Assembly: GCA_023645945.1 (NCBI GenBank)
Contig: JALAIB010000047.1
Location: forward strand, 1-41,498
Reading direction: 5' to 3'
Length of the DNA stretch: 41,498 nucleotides
Source: Diploschistes diacapsis
Taxonomy: Eukaryota
This document shows, piece by piece, positions 36,191 through 41,498 of the stretch. Within the stretch, counting starts at the first letter, position 1. Each line of letters opens with the position of its first letter. The translations under genes were made by a program, and so were the position numbers. The notes beneath the pieces were generated by a model. It was given only the letters and a program-made list of their open reading frames with translations. It searched no databases and was not told where the DNA came from.

Positions 36191-39100
36191 CTAGTCATGC
36201 AGGCGTGCTTCCAGCTCGTCTTCGTGTATTGTATAAGCGTCGTTACTGCATATGCGCTCAATCTGACCGGCAACGTAACATGCGATGTGATGGTCGACAT
36301 TGTCATCCTCTTTCGCGCAGCAGCTTCCGTCCTCGACGGCTTCTCGACTCCCTTGTGAGGCTTCTTCATCTCCATCGGCCGACATGGCGAAGGAGCTTCG
36401 GCGGCCAATCGAGCGAAAGGTCGAAGAGCGTCTGTGGTGTGGAGACTTCCCACTAGTCGGTCTCACGAATCCGGTGAAGACCTCATCGAAATATTGGTTT
36501 GCGGCCATTGAAGGTGTCCTAGGAGTCTGTGGTAACCGACAGTTGATTCCTGTGTCTTGAATCATCTTGGCGATCAGGCCCGTCCATCCGCATTGGTGAC
36601 TCGCGCCGAGACCCCGCCCAGTATTCCCGTCGAAGAACTCGTAGAAGTGAAGGTACTCGCTCCAGTTCGGGTCGAAGTCCAGCATATCGTTTCCATCGTT
36701 GATCGCTCGTCTACCGTTATCACCACGGGTAAAAAGGTGTTGCAGTCTATGCTGGAGCTCCTCAGCTACATGACCCAGGTGCATATAATCTCCGGAGCCT
36801 GTAGGACATTCCACCTGAAGCGAATCGCCGTAGAACATGTATTGCCGCAGCAGGCTTTCCACCAGCAAAAAGTTCACTGCTACCCAGATAGGCCCCCGCC
36901 AATTACTGTTCCCACCGAAAAGGCCGCTGTCACTATCTCCCGGCACGTAGGCGACTCCAAAATGCTGCCCATTGACGTCCATTGAAAAAGGGTGAGCTCC
37001 ATGGTATTTTGAAAGAGAGCGAATGCCATGATCTGATAGGAACTCAGACTCGTCCAGCATCCTCGTCAAGATTTTCACAAGACGCTCTTTGCTAACTAGA
37101 GATAGCAGGATTCTGTTGCCCTTTCCACGTCTTGTCATACTTGCAATATTACGCTCAGCAATATCGTTACGGTTCTCGATGAACCAATTCATCCTCCTTT
37201 GGAATGAAGGGAATTTGTTGATTAATTCAGGCTCCAAGGTCAGAACTGCATACAGAGGAATCAGTCCCACAAGCGAGCGGATAGGCAGCTGCTGCGTCCA
37301 AGGAGGCCCCCAAGAGATCGCGTCATAATAGAATCTGCTTCCACATTAGTACCACATCAAATAGTTTAAGAGCCTGGAATTTTACCCATCAGCCTCGTTC
37401 CAGAGAGACTTTTCCTCTTTCCCATTTCGGTAAGTAAGCGCGTCACTTATTAATATGAAATGTTCAAAGAATTTCGACGCCACTTGTAACAGTTAGTCTT
37501 ACGGTCGAAACTGAAACCGAAACGGGCACACTTACTATCCTCGTATATGCGCCGATGCTTAGCCAGCTCCAGAGCAATGTTGAGCATGCATAGACTATAG
37601 AAAGCCATCCATCCCGTACTGTCGGCTTGCTCCAACACCCCACCAGTTGGCAAGGGTTCTGATCGGTTGAACAAAGCGATATTATCGAGCCCTAGGAAAC
37701 CTCCTTCGAATACGTTTTTCCCTTCAGAGTCTTTCCTGTTCACCCACCAAGTGAAATTCAGTAGTAATTTCTGAAAAACGCGCTCAAGGAAGTCTAGGTC
37801 TTCCCTTCCATACATTTTCCGTTCCATTTTGAAGACCCGATAGGCGGCCCAGCTGTGAACTGGGGGGTTTGTATCCCCAAAATTCCATTCATAGGCTGGC
37901 AGTTGACCATTTGGGTGCTGGTACCATTCCCGAGTGAGGAGGTCTAGCTGCTTCTTAGCAAAATCCGGATCTACCATAGTCAATGGGATGCAATGAAAAG
38001 CCGAGTCCCAAGCCGCAAAAAATGGATATTCCCATGAGTCCGGCATCGACAGTACATCATCCAAATGCATGTGTCGCCATTGAGAATTCCGCACAGATTT
38101 CCTTCCAGCCGGAGGGGGCGGCATCGCTGGATCGCCGTTTGCCCATTGGTCATATACGAAATGGTAGTATTGCTTTGTCCACAACATACCCGACAAGGCT
38201 TGGCGTTGTATGTTTCGAAGGTCTTTGGTCATTGGAAGCGGGCTGATGCGGTAGTAGAACTCATCGGCTTCCAGCCGTCTTTGCTCAATAGTACGGTCAA
38301 AAAGCTCTTCATCCAGGTATCCTTCGTATTTTCTCGACAATCGAAGACGAACAACGGCACACTCGCCGGGGGGTACTCCCCGATCTTCTGTGAAAGCGTA
38401 CCAAGCTGCGCTCTGACCGGAGAGATCGTGACGTATGATGAGCCTCGGAACAGTAGCATGGGGAAGTCATTAAACTTACCTTTGTCCCACGGTGGTCTGG
38501 ATTGATCGCGCCTTTCTCGCCCTTAACGACATAGCGGTGGAATGCGTCTTTAACGTAGCTTTGAGTATTCCGAGCGCCATAAAGAGCTTCGAAATTGGTG
38601 TCATTTTCTGTGAAGATCATCTCTGGCTGCACATCCTCACCACTCGGACCAGTGCCCGGCGAAGGAGCAAGCTGTACAAAGCGCTCCCCGAGCTTGGGAT
38701 GCCATGTTTGAGCAGCCAAAGGAGCAACTTGCCTAATTGTTGGTTTCTTACCAGCGTTCTTGTATCCCCAAGCCCATGTGTTCCTAAACCACACGTGAGG
38801 CACAATATGGAGAGGTGCTGGCTCTGTCCCACGGTTGTATGCTGTGACCCTGAAAAGAAGCTCCTCTTCGTCGTGCCCTTCTTTGGCAGTCTCGATGAAA
38901 ATGTCCCAGTAGCGGTCTTCATCGAACACACCTGTGTCAATCAATTGATACTCTCTATCTTCCTTACCTCTCCGGGCATTCTCAAGGACGAGTTCCTCAT
39001 ACGGAAACTTTCGTTGAGGGTACTTGTAAAGAAATTTCATATACGAGTGCTTCAACGATATCAAGTCAGAGAGTATCAAAGATAAAGGGGCTTTTACTCA

Positions 39101-39536
39101 CGCATGGTGTGTTATCAAGATGAAAATGAACCTCTTTGATGCTTTCTCCGTGATTGCCCTGCGGGTTCGACAAGCCGAATAAACGCTCCTTGAGGAAGTC
39201 ACTATGAGGACCATGTCAGTAACGACAGCACCCTCTATACTGGCCTCCAAATTACTCTTGCTCGTTCCAGAACGCAAAGGCCACGTTTTGAAGGCCATGG
39301 GTATCCGATACGCCGGCAACGCCATCCTCGCCCCATCGAAATGTCCGAGACCTGGCGTCGTCGTGCGTAAAATGGCTCCAGGCATCTCCATTCACAGAGT
39401 AATCCTCTCTTACTGTGGCCCATTGTCTCTCGGCAACATAAGGCCCCCATTTCTTCCAGTAGTGCTTGCGTTCACGATCGTCCCTCAATCGCTTTTCTTC
39501 CTCGCAGAGGTACTCCTGTTGATCAACAAGGACCAT
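36191..39536 (-). CDS. GH63-like (alpha/alpha)6 glycoside hydrolase, YMR196W-like, about 1022 aa, 6 exons
   Basis: Exons 39536-39256, 39201-39102, 39049-38480, 38412-37536, 37482-37386, 37334-36191. Motifs WGPYVAERQWATVREDYS, SMPDSWEYPFFAAWD, GQLPAYEWNF, FEGGFLGLDNI, GGNSNWRGPIW, FYEFFDGNTGRGLGASHQCGWT. Confidence 0.88.
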
Positions 39537-40309
39537 ATCGTCGGTCGTCAAACTTATTGCGTGTGCTTAGGAACCTTCTAGTGCTTTGACGACAGGGGCG
39601 TGGAGATAAAAGGTGGGTTGAGGGGACGTTGCAGAGAAAGACGCAAAATAAGATAGAGAAAGAAGTTACTTGCGAGTAACGAGAGTAAGACCGGACAACG
39701 ACGAGACCAAAACGACGAGCTACTGCGAAAAGTAATCGAAAACGAGACTGGGACAGAGCTCAAGGATAGAGGCAGAAGTCCTATGGTGGCGAGCACTCCA
39801 AGTCACCCTAGAAGTGTACAATAAAGAACGGAACCTCTATAGAGTAGGGAATTCTAGGCTCTAGGTATGTATGCTGAATAGCAGTAAGGCATGCTAGAAG
39901 GGGTGGGCACAACAGATGAAGCTTTCGTACTTATATATTGCTACAGTGTGTTGATCCCTCCTTCCTTCCGAGCTTCTCGTCAAGATATGGTTGGTCTTAG
40001 ACAGGCAACACAAACTTAATATCCGATATCCAAGCAGTAACGAGTAACCATGAAAAGCCTCGGGCTCCTACCGGCAACAAAGACTAAAGGAAAGTAACCT
40101 GGTGGTTATCACATCATCATCATAAGGTAAAGAAAGTTCGTGCTTGCCTTGAACAACATCACACTGCGTCTTGCACTGTGTTGTTCATCCGAGTTTGAGA
40201 TATGTAGCAGTAAGCCTCTGCCATGCTGTTGCGATTGAGTTTACCAAGAGGTTCTATGCCTGCCTCTACGGCAATTGGTTCTACTCACTACAAGGCCCAA
40301 CTACATGTA

Positions 40310-41498
40310 CAGTACTAGGCCAAAAGTAGTTAGGTCCACCATAAGCGGTAGTAAATAAACATTCAACTCTTGCTATTATTCTTCTAATTATGTCACCACA
40401 ACGCCGTTTGAAGCCCTTCGAGCGTTCGGAGCTCCTCGGCGCCCTCTATAACGATAATACTCTCAAAAATGTTGCTCAAAAGCTCAATATTCCCTATTCT
40501 ACAGCTCAATATACCAAAAAGAAAGTTTCAAAACGCGATAATAAACAGCATGATCTCGATTGCTCAAAACGACCCCGAATTACTACCGGAAATTAAGAAA
40601 ATAGGCTCTATCGACGCGCCAAGAGATAACTAGACATACAATAACACGAATTACTCGAAATAACGTCTGTTAACAAAAATATTATCCGCCGAAGATTCGC
40701 CGAAATCGACCCATTTTTTTAAAAATATCGAAAACGTTGGCGCCCTTATTTAAACCCTAAAGATACTATAAAACGCCTAAAATACTCTAGGGCATATAAG
40801 AACTGGCGTGCCGAAAATTAGATTAATGTTTAGTAAATAAATAAATACTTAATATAAATTAACAGCGGTAAGATACGATAATAAATTTAGAAGTATTTCG
40901 GGGAATAATAACTGCACGAGCATATCGTTATCAAATTTAAAAATAAGGAAAATATCATAATAATCGCTTTTATAAAAACAGACGGGCGCGTTGTGTAATA
41001 TTTCTTCGACGAATATTATATAAATAAACGAACAGCCACCGCCGAAGTATATTATCGATTTTTACGCGATATTTTACCCTAAATTTACGAGCCTGGACAA
41101 GCTTTTTTGCAAGATAATGCCTTTATATATATAGTTAATAGTATTAAAGCACTTCTGGAAGAATTAGGCGTCTAAACGCTCGATTATTCCTTTTATAGTC
41201 CGAATCTAAACCTTATCGAGCATCTATAACCTACGCTTAAAGAAAAGGTTTTAAAACTTTATCCAGAGCTTAAAACTATGCGCGAAGATAAGAAGAAGAA
41301 GATAAAGGCTTTAAAAACAGCAATTCGAGACGTTTTTAAGATGTTTCTAGGGGATAAGGAATAGGATTTACCTGCTAGATTAATGCATTTTATACCGAAG
41401 CGAATAAAGACTTATATCGACGCGCAAGAATGACAAACTAAATATTAATATAATCTACTATTTAAGAACTTTAAAATGATTTACTTTACGCATTCATT
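40310..41498 (+). mobile_element. Tc1/mariner superfamily (impala/Tc1-like DD34E) DNA transposon, RIP-inactivated; 3' end beyond window
   Basis: TA at 40308-40309 followed by CAGT, the typical Tc1-like terminus. Sharp drop in GC from here to the window end. A degenerate transposase follows. The matching 3' TIR is not in the window. Confidence 0.88.
40390..41448 (+). pseudogene. Tc1-like transposase pseudogene (about 352 codons, no frameshift, about 19 in-frame stops)
   Basis: Single frame with N-terminal HTH (NVAQKLNIPYSTAQY), KRPR (GRPR-like), QDNA and YSPNLNLIEHL* (YSPDLNPIE-like). There are 34 residues between the D of QDN and the E of IE. C-terminus *QTKY. Confidence 0.9.

Noticed and set aside
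1..41498. tRNA, rRNA, snRNA or CRISPR arrays
   Set aside because: None were recognised by eye on either strand. The DNA is eukaryotic and has no repeat-spacer pattern.

Overview
Gene-dense, intron-rich DNA from a filamentous ascomycete (Pezizomycotina; Eurotiomycete-like is my inference). It has short introns of about 45-60 nt with CTRAC-type branch points. I hand-spliced 17 protein-coding genes, and every multi-exon model closes in frame: nicotinamide riboside kinase (5'-truncated), xanthine dehydrogenase hxA, mitochondrial ribosomal S7, a Usp-domain protein, a SnoaL/NTF2-like protein, a Rib2-type deaminase, a DnaJ protein, a LaeA-like methyltransferase, a DAO-family FAD oxidoreductase, SidL acetyltransferase, an ADAM metalloprotease, acetyl-CoA synthetase facA, a Mug190/tricalbin-like C2 protein, Get2-like, Rrg9, Atp5/OSCP and a GH63-like hydrolase. 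The window ends in a RIP-degenerated Tc1/impala-like DD34E transposon. Most content is ordinary housekeeping, and I see no new multi-gene system. The most notable signals are: (i) an in-frame alternative 5' splice site that would add a 35-aa cassette with 9 Trp to the SnoaL-like protein; (ii) frequent AAG/GAG splice acceptors (11 of 48 introns) plus two GC-AG introns and a 14-nt microexon; (iii) a uORF with an overlapping splice donor upstream of sidL; (iv) a RIP signature that extends beyond CpA and seems to spare CpG. All family calls come from motif recognition, not database searches.
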